Source: Candidatus Xenobia bacterium (GTDB taxonomy: Bacteria > Vulcanimicrobiota > Xenobia > Xenobiales > QWHO01). From it: a stretch of DNA of 64,000 nt. Positions 28,065 to 36,345 of the stretch are shown here, piece after piece; within the stretch, counting starts at the first letter, position 1; every line of letters begins with the position of its first letter. A program made the position numbers and the translations under genes. Below the pieces are notes generated by a model. The model did not search any database. It saw only the letters and a program-made list of their open reading frames with translations, and had not been told where the DNA came from. The stretch is from NCBI GenBank assembly GCA_045863235.1, contig BTUM01000025.1:23022-87021 (forward strand). The letters are read 5' to 3'.

Positions 28065-29723
28065 ATGGACTTGACCAGCCTGGGACGACCCTTCCTGAAT
28101 CCCCAGAACCCGGCGCCGAGCGAGCAGGCGCAGTACCTTCGCCTGTTGATCCAATCGTCAGGATCCGAGCAGCTTAAGAAAATGGTTTCCGAGAACCAGC
28201 TCGGCGATGATGAGCTGGTTCAGTTCATCATGGAGCACCCCGAGGAGCTGCAGGGCCCCCGCGGTCAGGGCAGCGCCTTTGCCTTCGCCGTGGCCGGGAG
28301 CAGCAAGGCCAGCGCCACGAGCTCGGCTTCCTCGGCCTCCTCGGCTGCGCCCGGCGACTCCTTCTCGGCCTCCGAGGAGGATGACGAGGGCGACTCCGAC
28401 CTCAAGCCGTTCAGCCAGGACGAGACCATGGCCGCGCCCTCCATGTGCGCGATGGGCGGGGTCAGCTCAGCCGACAAAGCCAAGCCCGAGATGCAGCAGA
28501 ACCTCAAGGAATGCAAGGCCATCTCCAAGGCCCTGAGCGAGCTTCAGAGCCAGGACGAGGAATCGGGCTCCTCCGGGCTCTCGGCGGCCGTGGCCGAGCT
28601 GCGCTCCAAGGAGCAGATCATTCGCTCGTGCCTCAAGCGGGGCAAAGGGGCGGCCAACGATTCCTACCAGTCGCAGGGGGTGGATCCCAAGGACGAGGCG
28701 GCCGTATCCAGCTTCGTGGCCCGCATCGGCAAAGAAGTGATCGACATCGGGATGAAGTGCGGCCTGGAGATTGAGGTCTCCGAGAAGCGTGCCAGCCGAC
28801 TTCAGGCCGGTGGTCTCAATCCTGGCGGTGCTGCTGCTGCTGCTGCTGAGGGCCCCGGGAACGGCAAGAACGGTGCCACCGTCCAGGGCGCAGACAAGGG
28901 TAAGGCGCCGGGAGGCCCTCAGGAGAAGACGCAGGGGGCCAACCAGGGCCAGGGCGGCGAGGGTGATGACGACGTCTTCCAGATCACCACCCAGAAGACC
29001 GAGAAGCAGATCGAGGTGGGAGCCGACGAGGTGGCCTCCAACCCGGCCATGGCCGGAGCCATGATCGACCAGCTCACCGCCATGTGGGAGCAGAAGCAGC
29101 AGCTCGGCGATGCCTTCCAGGCGCCGGCGGTGCTCGACCTGGGCGAGACCCGGCAGGGAAGTCCGCTCGACCAGGCCTTCTCGGCCCCCCGTCCGGGGGG
29201 CCCGGGAGAGAACGGCCAGCAATCGGCCGGTCCAGCCGGGCCGGGTGCGGGTGGCCCAATGGCAGCCCCTGCTCCCTGGCCGAGCACCAACGGTGCCAAC
29301 GGCGGGGCCCCGGTGGCACCGACCGGGGCCCGGCCCATGCCGGCCGGCGGGGCTGGTGCTGGTCGGGCCCCGCGCGACCTGCAATCGCTCATGGCCGCGC
29401 TGGGCATGTCGGGCAAGAAGTTCGCCGCCAAGATCCACGTCTACGATCCCAACGCCCAGGTCAGCCTGAGCAAAGGCGGGGGCGGGGGCGGGGTCAAGGT
29501 GAACGGCAACCTGAGCGGCAAAGCGATCAACGTCAAGATCCCCAAGATGGTGGGACGGGCCGCCGATGGCTCGATGCACGCCCTCTCCGGCCTGAGCCGG
29601 GTAGACAACGGTGGGAGCTTCCTCGCCTCCATCCGGGGCGAGGCCACCGGCGCCGAGGCCGCCAAGCAGCTGCACACCACCGGGAATGGATCGATCTCCA
29701 TCCCGGGCACCAAAGCCAACTGA
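28065..29723 (+). CDS. 552-aa low-complexity Ser/Gly/Ala/Gln-rich orphan protein; candidate substrate of the flanking radical SAM enzymes
   Basis: Good SD, GC3-rich codons, sits between rSAM genes, 18 nt from the next gene; no recognisable enzyme motif. Confidence 0.75.
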   Translation: MDLTSLGRPFLNPQNPAPSEQAQYLRLLIQSSGSEQLKKMVSENQLGDDELVQFIMEHPEELQGPRGQGSAFAFAVAGSSKASATSSASSASSAAPGDSFSASEEDDEGDSDLKPFSQDETMAAPSMCAMGGVSSADKAKPEMQQNLKECKAISKALSELQSQDEESGSSGLSAAVAELRSKEQIIRSCLKRGKGAANDSYQSQGVDPKDEAAVSSFVARIGKEVIDIGMKCGLEIEVSEKRASRLQAGGLNPGGAAAAAAEGPGNGKNGATVQGADKGKAPGGPQEKTQGANQGQGGEGDDDVFQITTQKTEKQIEVGADEVASNPAMAGAMIDQLTAMWEQKQQLGDAFQAPAVLDLGETRQGSPLDQAFSAPRPGGPGENGQQSAGPAGPGAGGPMAAPAPWPSTNGANGGAPVAPTGARPMPAGGAGAGRAPRDLQSLMAALGMSGKKFAAKIHVYDPNAQVSLSKGGGGGGVKVNGNLSGKAINVKIPKMVGRAADGSMHALSGLSRVDNGGSFLASIRGEATGAEAAKQLHTTGNGSISIPGTKAN

Positions 29724-29741
29724 GCCGGGGAGGGTCGAGCC

Positions 29742-30719
29742 GTGCCTGAGATCATCTGTCTCGAGGTCACCAACCGCTGCAACCTCGATTGCGTGCACTG
29801 CAACAAGCAGGTCAACCAGCACCCCATCCGGGACATCCCGGTCGACCTGGTGGACAGCATCCTCGAGCAGGCCCGGCCCTTCAGCCCGAGGGTGGTGGCC
29901 CTGACCGGGGGCGAGCCCACCACCCACAAGCAGTTCGAGGAGCTGGTCGCCACCATCGCTCGCCACGACTACGGCTATACCCTGGTGACCAACGGCCAGA
30001 ACTTCCGCGAGAGCCACAAGGTGCTGCTGCGTCACAGCAATCGGCTGCTGGGTGTAACCTTCAGCCTGGAGGGGGCGACGAGCGAGACCAACGACCCAAT
30101 TCGGGGCCCCAACACCTTCGACCGGCTGATGGATGCTCTGGAGCTTTGCCGCCGCCATGGTCTGAGTTTCGGCCTGCAAACCGTGCTCAGCACCCGCAAC
30201 GTGGGCGAGATGGATGCCCTGGTCGAGCTGGCCGTCGCCCAGGGAGTCGATCAGCTCAATTTCATCCTGATGCGGCCGGCCCCCCGTCCCATCGAGGAAG
30301 GGCTGATGCTCGACCTGGAAGCAGCCGAGGCCGTCGAGAAGAAGGTGGCTGACCTTCGCAAGAACGAGCGTCGCATCAAGGTGGACATGACCACCGGCTA
30401 TTTCTCCCCCCAGCCCCTGTACGCGTGCCGCCCGCTGGGGATGACCATCATCAGCATCGACTACAACGGCTACCTGCGCTTTTGTCCCGATATCTCCAAC
30501 TATCGGGGCGCTGGTTGCGCCGAGGATGATACCGATGTCATCGCCGATCTGGCCATGCGCCCCTTGCAGTGGGCTTTGAAGGCGCTGTCCAACCGCATCG
30601 CCCTGTTCTGGCAGAACAAGATCGACTACACGGTGATGGACGACCTGGCTCCCACCGACTTCTTCCCCTGTTACTACTGCCTCCGTTACTTCAACAAGGC
30701 TGACTGTCTGGACGTTTAA
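29742..30719 (+). CDS. Radical SAM protein with a Twitch-like auxiliary cluster domain
   Basis: CNLDCVHC, TGGEP, TNG, SLEG...ND.IRG; C-terminal C-x18-C...CYYC. Confidence 0.9.
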   Translation: MPEIICLEVTNRCNLDCVHCNKQVNQHPIRDIPVDLVDSILEQARPFSPRVVALTGGEPTTHKQFEELVATIARHDYGYTLVTNGQNFRESHKVLLRHSNRLLGVTFSLEGATSETNDPIRGPNTFDRLMDALELCRRHGLSFGLQTVLSTRNVGEMDALVELAVAQGVDQLNFILMRPAPRPIEEGLMLDLEAAEAVEKKVADLRKNERRIKVDMTTGYFSPQPLYACRPLGMTIISIDYNGYLRFCPDISNYRGAGCAEDDTDVIADLAMRPLQWALKALSNRIALFWQNKIDYTVMDDLAPTDFFPCYYCLRYFNKADCLDV

Positions 30720-30723
30720 ACAG

Positions 30724-31827
30724 TTGTACGGCAGCGAGCAGATCTGCTTTTCCACCCGCAAGCCCCGCGACAGCTGGCTCTCGGTGGGTCCCGATGGGGA
30801 GCGACCGGGCCCCAACAAGGCGGTGCTGGAGATTACGCGAGCCTGCAACATGCGCTGCCTGCACTGTGCCTCCGCGGCCGGCACGGTGCGTCCCAACGAG
30901 CTGAGCACCGAGCGGATGCTGACCCTCATCGACGAGCTGCACGAGCTGGGCGTGGAGGACATGGTCTTCTCCGGGGGCGAGCCGCTGGTGCGCAAGGACT
31001 GGCCTGTTCTCGCGGCCCGGGTGCGAGGCCACGGCATGAGCCTGGGCATGGTGTCGAACGGGACCTTCGCTCTGCGTCACATGCACCACATCCGCGAGTA
31101 TCTGACGGCCTACTCGATGAGCCTGGACGGCATGGAGGAGACCCACAACCACATCCGCTGCAGCCCTACCGCCTTTTCCGACGTCTTCGCCGCCTTCGAC
31201 GAGTTGGCCGAGCATGACGTCTACCGCTTCGCCGTCACCTCGATCTCCAAGCTCAACCTGCACCAGCTCGAGGACATGTACCGGCTGCTGGTCGAGCACG
31301 ACGTGGTGGGCTGGCAGGTGCAGCTGGTCTTCGCCTCCGGTCGCATGCGCGAGCGAGAGGAGCTCATCTGCTCGCCCGAGGACCTCTATCGGATCACCGA
31401 ATTTCTGGCCCGGGTCCGGGACGAGTCGCTGCTCGAGCTGCACACCGGCGACAACATCGGCTACTACACCGCCCTGGAGGACACGGTGCGCGGCTGCACC
31501 TGGAGAGGCTGCCAGGCGGGTCTGTCGTTGATCAGCATCGAGGCCGATGGCAACGTCAAAGGATGCCTGTGTCAGGAGCCGGAGCTTCGCGAGGGCAAGA
31601 AGTTCGTGGAAGGCAACGTGAACCACCGCCCCATCGCCGACATCTGGCGAGACGACAGCCTGTTTGCCTACAATCGCCAGTTTGACCTGGGCCAGGCCCG
31701 GGGCTTTTGCGCCAGCTGCCGCCACCTCAAGCTGTGCCGCTGCGGCTGCACGGCCTTTGCCCACTATGTCTCCGGGACCAAGTACAACAACCCGTACTGC
31801 CTTTATCGCCTGATGGCGACAACCTGA
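30724..31827 (+). CDS. Radical SAM/SPASM peptide maturase, PlpX (splicease)/GDL-associated-like
   Basis: EIT.ACNMRCLHC.S.AG, WQVQL...GR, GDNIGYY, W.GCQAGLS.I.IEADG.VKGC, GFC..C....LCR.GC...AH, NNPYC. Confidence 0.85.
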   Translation: MYGSEQICFSTRKPRDSWLSVGPDGERPGPNKAVLEITRACNMRCLHCASAAGTVRPNELSTERMLTLIDELHELGVEDMVFSGGEPLVRKDWPVLAARVRGHGMSLGMVSNGTFALRHMHHIREYLTAYSMSLDGMEETHNHIRCSPTAFSDVFAAFDELAEHDVYRFAVTSISKLNLHQLEDMYRLLVEHDVVGWQVQLVFASGRMREREELICSPEDLYRITEFLARVRDESLLELHTGDNIGYYTALEDTVRGCTWRGCQAGLSLISIEADGNVKGCLCQEPELREGKKFVEGNVNHRPIADIWRDDSLFAYNRQFDLGQARGFCASCRHLKLCRCGCTAFAHYVSGTKYNNPYCLYRLMATT

Positions 31828-31828
31828 C

Positions 31829-32569
31829 ATGGCCTGGTACGACGAGGACTACTTCGAGGAAGACTACTTCTTGCTCGAGGAGCCGACCGACCTCGAAACC
31901 ATCGCCCACGTCGCCTTTCTGAGGTCTTTCCTGGAAGAGGGGGCCCTGGAGGTGCTCGACCTGGCCTGCGGCTCGGGGAGGCTGTCGCTGGCCCTGGCTC
32001 GGCTCGCTCACAGGGTCACCGGGCTGGACGCAAGCCCGCGGATGATCGAGCGGCTTGGGGCCGAGGCGACCCGAGTCGGCCAGTCGGTCGAGACGGTCTG
32101 CCAGGACATGCGTACGCTCGCCTTTCAGGCCCGCTTCGACCTCGTGCTCAGCTTCGCTCACTCGTTCGGCTACTTCCGAGACGAGGAGAACCTGGCCGTG
32201 CTGCGTGGCGTCCAGCGCTCGCTCAAGAGCGGCGGCCGCTTCCTGCTCGATCTGGCCAACCGCGAGAGCCTGTTGCATGATTTTGACCGGCACGCCCGGC
32301 GCTGGATTGTGAAGAAGGGGAACTACATCATGTTTCGCCGCGAGATGGACCCTTTGACCGGTCGCCTGGACTCCTACGTCACCCTCCTGCGCGAAGGGGG
32401 ACTGGCCCGCGAGCACACCACCTCGGTCCGCTACTACGCCTATCCCGAGCTCAAGCTCATGCTGCAACAGGCGGGCCTGGGCATTCTCGAGGTCTACGGC
32501 AGCTACGAGCGCACTCCCTACTCGTTCTCGAGCCCGCGCATGGTCGTTCTGGCAGAGCGGCCGGGGTGA
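31829..32569 (+). CDS. Class I SAM-dependent methyltransferase
   Basis: VLDLACGSGR, GLD.S, QDMR.L, SFGYF, LK.GGRFLLD; starts 1 nt after the rSAM stop. Confidence 0.9.
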   Translation: MAWYDEDYFEEDYFLLEEPTDLETIAHVAFLRSFLEEGALEVLDLACGSGRLSLALARLAHRVTGLDASPRMIERLGAEATRVGQSVETVCQDMRTLAFQARFDLVLSFAHSFGYFRDEENLAVLRGVQRSLKSGGRFLLDLANRESLLHDFDRHARRWIVKKGNYIMFRREMDPLTGRLDSYVTLLREGGLAREHTTSVRYYAYPELKLMLQQAGLGILEVYGSYERTPYSFSSPRMVVLAERPG

Positions 32570-32572
32570 GCG

Positions 32573-33226
32573 TCAGGCCTTCGCGCAGACGGGGCTGCCC
32601 GCTCGAAGCAAAGCCAGGTGGTCGAGAAAGTCGGCCCGGGTACCGAGTGGCAGCTGTCGCAAGCTTAGACCGGCTGTCCGACCGACGACGAGCATGCGGC
32701 ACAGAATCTCGAAGGTCTCCACGCCCACCACAGCTTCTTCCAGGGAGCCCGCCGCCAGAATGACGCCGTGATTTTCGAGCAGGCCGATCTCGCCGAGACC
32801 GAGCCTGGAGGCGGTGGCCTGGGCCAGGGCCGCGGAGCCCGGGTGGGAATACGGGATGCGGACCAAGCCCCGGATGTAGGCCATCGTCTCAGGGAGGAGA
32901 TCCAGGGGGATCGGCTCGCCCGTGCAGGCGAGCAGGGTGCTGTAGAAGGGCGAGGAGTGGAAGACCGCGCCCGCCTCGGGGATTTTCTCGTAAAGCAGCC
33001 GGTGCATCTCTGACTCCATGGACGGCCTGCCGGTTTCGGCGCGCCCATCGACGATCGAGCAACGGATCACATCTTCGTCGCGCAGGTTGCCCAGGAAGGA
33101 CCCGCTGCCTGTGATGAGCATGAAAGCGCCGTCTCGGACGCTGAGATTGCCGGACTTTCCGGTCAGGCACCCGGCTGCTGAGGCATACTGCCCCCACCTG
33201 ATGACGTCTCGCGCGGATTGACTCAT
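32573..33226 (-). CDS. Class II aldolase/adducin family protein
   Basis: SGNLSVR, ITGSG, PSMESEMH, HSSPFYS, LLENHG; ATG at 33226. Confidence 0.85.
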   Translation of the reverse strand: MSQSARDVIRWGQYASAAGCLTGKSGNLSVRDGAFMLITGSGSFLGNLRDEDVIRCSIVDGRAETGRPSMESEMHRLLYEKIPEAGAVFHSSPFYSTLLACTGEPIPLDLLPETMAYIRGLVRIPYSHPGSAALAQATASRLGLGEIGLLENHGVILAAGSLEEAVVGVETFEILCRMLVVGRTAGLSLRQLPLGTRADFLDHLALLRAGSPVCAKA

Positions 33227-33230
33227 CGGC

Positions 33231-33495
33231 TCAGCCCACCGTGACTTTGTCGCCACGCTCGAGCATGCTTCCGGCCAGTTTTTCGGCCAGGTAGATCGCG
33301 TCCTCGCGCAGCCCTCTTAGAAACTGACTGCGGAAGGTGCGTGAATCGACCAGTCCCAGGAAGTAGAGGCCGGGCATCTCGCGGCTCTGAAGATCGTAGA
33401 CCCAGCCCTCCCGGGCCCGCCCCGATGATCAGCACCGGGCAGATCGTCGTCGGCTGATTCTCCCGGTCCTGGATGTTGTCTGATCGCTTGCTCAC
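33231..33495 (-). pseudogene. FAD-dependent oxidoreductase/monooxygenase pseudogene with most of the gene deleted
   Basis: N-terminal VLIIGAGPGGL joined out of frame to C-terminal PGLYFLGLVDSRTFRSQFLRGLREDAIYLAEKL. Confidence 0.75.
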
Positions 33496-33573
33496 GACTT
33501 TGCTCCCCGCACAAATTGTCGAGGGTCTCCCCCCGGTGGTTGACAGCCTACCGCTCGATTTGCCCGGGACGCA

Positions 33574-33587
33574 TTGATCGCCGTCAA
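33574..33587 (-). promoter_or_regulatory. Crp/Fnr-type box TTGAT-CGCC-GTCAA
   Basis: 23 nt to minus-strand -10 TAGGCT (33550-33545), facing the oxidoreductase remnant and aldolase. Confidence 0.65.
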
Positions 33588-33620
33588 AGAGAGCGAAGTC
33601 TGCCGGGCAGGCCAGAGATT

Positions 33621-33642
33621 TTTCAGCTCCTGATGCTAGGGT
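33621..33642 (+). promoter_or_regulatory. TTTCAGC-N9-TAGGGT promoter motif upstream of the PLD gene
   Basis: TTTCAGC TCCTGATGC TAGGGT; SD GGAGGA before ATG 33684. Confidence 0.5.
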
Positions 33643-33683
33643 GATGCTGGAGTTGCGCCACGAAAGCGGAGGATTGAAGTCCG

Positions 33684-35492
33684 ATGCGGGTTCAGCTCAT
33701 GCCCTTTTCAACCCTGGCCCACCGCCTGCCCAGGGTAACCGCGACCGCCCCAGGCACCTCGAATGAGCCGCAAGACTTGTTGCAACAGAGCGCGTCCGCC
33801 TCGCCCCCAAGCCCGATCTTCCCTCCCGTGACAGCCAGCCCGGCCTTGCGCCAGGCATTCGACTCGCTGGTCAACGTGGGTGGGGTGGGCACGGCTCGCC
33901 TGCTCGACGACAACCTGGCCGCCTGGAACGCGCGCTGGTCTCTGGTCGACTCGGCCCGGTCCAGCATTACCTGCCAGTACTTCTGCTGGGACAAAGACGT
34001 CTTCGGCATGGCGCTGCTGGGCCACATGTACAAGAAGGCAAAGCAGGATCAGGTTCAGATGCGCCTCATGGTGGACGCCACCGGCGATACCTGGGGCACG
34101 CGCGGGTTCAAGTCTCACATCGGCGGCCAGGACTACCTGCAAGAGCTGGTGATGACCGGCAAGGCCGAGGCCCGGGTCTACCACCCCCATTGGAAGAAGG
34201 TGCTCGACCAGCTGCGTCGCCCGCTCAGCACAGCCATCGCCGCCTCCAATCACGACAAGATCCTCGAGGTGGACGGCGAGCGCGGCATCACCGGGGGGCG
34301 CAACATCGGCTACGAGTACTTTGTGCACCCGGACGACTTCAAGGGGGCGTGGCGTGATACCGACGTCTACTTCGAGAGCAAGCAAGCCGCCCACGCCCTG
34401 CGCGATGCTTTTGATATCGAATATGGCACCCCCTGGATCACCAGCAAGGTGCGCCCGGACCTGCTCGGGAACTGGGTCAAGCGCGACCTCGAGCTCATGG
34501 GGGCTTACGCTCTGATGGACAACTGGCTCAAGGACCCACCCATGGACGCGGCCTCCAAGAGGCAACTGCGCACCTCGCCCGAAGCCCGCGAGGCCGAAGC
34601 TGCCGCCATGGTGGATCGAGCCCTGCAGCAGATGCCGTCCGAAGGAATCGCGCGGCCGGCCGGAGTTCGCGAGCGCCGCTCGTTGCTGAAGATGGCTCGG
34701 GAGCTGGCCGGTTATCCCGAGCTTCGCGGCAGTGCCAGCCGTCCCCAGCCCCCTGACCGCGACGCTGAGATCAAGATTCTGGATAAGACCTCTTCGGTGG
34801 GGGTGGAGAAAGACGAGCTGAACGCCGCTCTGCTCCAGCTCTCCAAGACGGCCAGCAAGCGCATCGTGATCGAAAACCCCTACGTCGTGCTCACCGACAG
34901 CCTGATCGAGGGGCTGCGCGAGGCGGGCGATCGGGGCGTGGAGATCTGGCTGGGCACCAACAGTCCCTCCTCCACCGACAGCGCCGTCACCCAGGCCTTC
35001 TTTCTGGAGGACTGGCCCAAGCTGCTGGCCACCATCCCCAACCTGAAGATCTTCGTGGCCACGGGTGAGCGCAAGCTGCACGCCAAGGTGGCGGTCATCG
35101 ACGACACGGTCTCGCTGGTCAGCACCTACAACCTGGACTACATCAGCCAGCACGTCAACAGCGAGGTGGCCGCGGTGGTGTGGTCGGAGAAGTTCGCCGC
35201 CGACAGCACCAGCTCCATTCTGCGCGATCACGCCGATCCTCGCAACGGCGTCGTGGAGTACCGGATCTTGCGCGACGCTCAGGGCCAGCCCTGTCGCAGC
35301 GACGGCCAGCCCGTGCTGGACGCTAAAGGCGAGCTGGTCGGCCAGCCTGAGGTGGTCTACGGCCCCGAGAACCACCTGACGAAAGAGATGCTCGACTCTT
35401 ATAAGAGCAAGCGCGCTCGCTGGAGCTTCCTGAGAAAGCACGTTCCGCAGCTTGCGTCGCTCGAGACCCTGAAGATTCGCGGGCGGGGATGA
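33684..35492 (+). CDS. Phospholipase D family protein (two HKD motifs)
   Basis: NHDKILEVDG...TGGRNIG and LHAKVAVIDD...STYNLD; low-complexity N-terminus, no TM or signal peptide. Confidence 0.9.
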   Translation: MRVQLMPFSTLAHRLPRVTATAPGTSNEPQDLLQQSASASPPSPIFPPVTASPALRQAFDSLVNVGGVGTARLLDDNLAAWNARWSLVDSARSSITCQYFCWDKDVFGMALLGHMYKKAKQDQVQMRLMVDATGDTWGTRGFKSHIGGQDYLQELVMTGKAEARVYHPHWKKVLDQLRRPLSTAIAASNHDKILEVDGERGITGGRNIGYEYFVHPDDFKGAWRDTDVYFESKQAAHALRDAFDIEYGTPWITSKVRPDLLGNWVKRDLELMGAYALMDNWLKDPPMDAASKRQLRTSPEAREAEAAAMVDRALQQMPSEGIARPAGVRERRSLLKMARELAGYPELRGSASRPQPPDRDAEIKILDKTSSVGVEKDELNAALLQLSKTASKRIVIENPYVVLTDSLIEGLREAGDRGVEIWLGTNSPSSTDSAVTQAFFLEDWPKLLATIPNLKIFVATGERKLHAKVAVIDDTVSLVSTYNLDYISQHVNSEVAAVVWSEKFAADSTSSILRDHADPRNGVVEYRILRDAQGQPCRSDGQPVLDAKGELVGQPEVVYGPENHLTKEMLDSYKSKRARWSFLRKHVPQLASLETLKIRGRG

Positions 35493-35522
35493 AAGGCTGT
35501 AAGGTTCGCAGCGGCAGGACGG

Positions 35523-35536
35523 TTGACATCTGATGT
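35523..35536. promoter_or_regulatory. TA promoter/operator: TTGACA overlapping the palindrome ACATC-T-GATGT
   Basis: Inverted repeat at 35526-35536 just upstream of the antitoxin ATG. Confidence 0.45.
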
Positions 35537-35552
35537 TGTCATTGTTAGCATC

Positions 35553-35789
35553 ATGCCAAGAACCACTGTGGACATCCAGTTGTCGATCCTCAATGCGGTC
35601 AAGAAGCTGCAGGAGACGGAAAGAAAATCTCTGGGATGCCTTATCTCTGAGCTGCTCGCGGAGGCATTGGCGCTGCGGAGTTGCCAGGGGAAGGGACGGA
35701 GGCTGTCGTGGTACGCTCAACCAATGGCAGCCCGGCTCGATCTCAATGACAAAGAGGCGCTCTGGGCTGTTTTGGAACAGCCCGAGTGA
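35553..35789 (+). CDS. vapB: VapB-type antitoxin
   Basis: MPRTTVDI...KSLG.LISELLAEAL...DL.DKEALW; overlaps the PIN gene by 4 nt. Confidence 0.8.
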   Translation: MPRTTVDIQLSILNAVKKLQETERKSLGCLISELLAEALALRSCQGKGRRLSWYAQPMAARLDLNDKEALWAVLEQPE

Positions 35790-36217
35790 GCTATTCTGTT
35801 GACGCGAACCTGCTCATCTACGCCTCGGACACGTCCTGCTCGCATCACATCAAGGCCCAGGAGTTCCTTCGTGGCGCGGCAGAGAGCAACGAGCTGTTGT
35901 TTCTGGCCTACCCGACGATCATGGCATTCCTGCGCATCTCCACTCATCCCGGCGTCTTCAAGTCGCCTCTCACCCCGGCTCGCGCCCAGAGCATTGGCGA
36001 GTTGACGGCCCTCCCTCAGATCCGCATCATCGGAGAAGAACCCGGCTTTCTCGACGTCTTTCGCGAGGTGACCGAGAGCCTTTCCGTGCGTGGAAACGCC
36101 GTCCACGATGCGCACCTGGCGTCCATCTTGCGTCAACACGGGGTGAGGGTGCTCTACACCAATGACAGGGACTTCCGTCGGTTCGAATTTCTCACGGTCC
36201 GCAACCCGTTAGAGTGA
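35786..36217 (+). CDS. vapC: VapC PIN-domain toxin
   Basis: VDANLLIYA, FLRISTHP, GN.VHDAHLA, T.DRDFRRF. Confidence 0.9.
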   Translation: MSYSVDANLLIYASDTSCSHHIKAQEFLRGAAESNELLFLAYPTIMAFLRISTHPGVFKSPLTPARAQSIGELTALPQIRIIGEEPGFLDVFREVTESLSVRGNAVHDAHLASILRQHGVRVLYTNDRDFRRFEFLTVRNPLE

Positions 36218-36296
36218 AGCGCACAGTTTCGACCAGTAGCTTTTGAGCCGGACTGGAAGGTGTTGAGCCCTGCGTGATGCGGGTCTGGTTGCGAGC

Positions 36297-36310
36297 TTGA
36301 TCATCGTCAA
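36297..36310 (+). promoter_or_regulatory. Crp/Fnr-type box TTGAT-CATC-GTCAA
   Basis: 23 nt to -10 TAGAGT (36334-36339), which is 6 nt before ATG 36346 (leaderless). Confidence 0.72.
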
Positions 36311-36345
36311 AGACGGCCGCCCTCCCGGTCCAATAGAGTCGGCGA

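Noticed and set aside
28829..28848. (GCT)n microsatellite as a phase-variation switch
   Set aside because: The trinucleotide unit encodes poly-Ala in frame, so slippage would not change the reading frame.
12582..31049. Very long antisense ORFs (12582-14579, 15244-17535, 22164-25250, 28467-31049; also 33708-35720, 37554-39809, 59112-61220)
   Set aside because: Shadow frames of high-GC3 genes; they mirror well-supported CDSs on the other strand and carry no motifs.
29742..31827. PqqE, NirJ or AhbC/D cofactor-biosynthesis assignment
   Set aside because: No pqqA-D, nir or ahb partner genes; motifs fit peptide/protein maturases better, though an HMM search is needed.
35523..35551. Canonical sigma70 promoter TTGACA-N17-TAGCAT for vapB
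   Set aside because: The implied TSS would fall downstream of the ATG at 35553; only the operator palindrome is reported.
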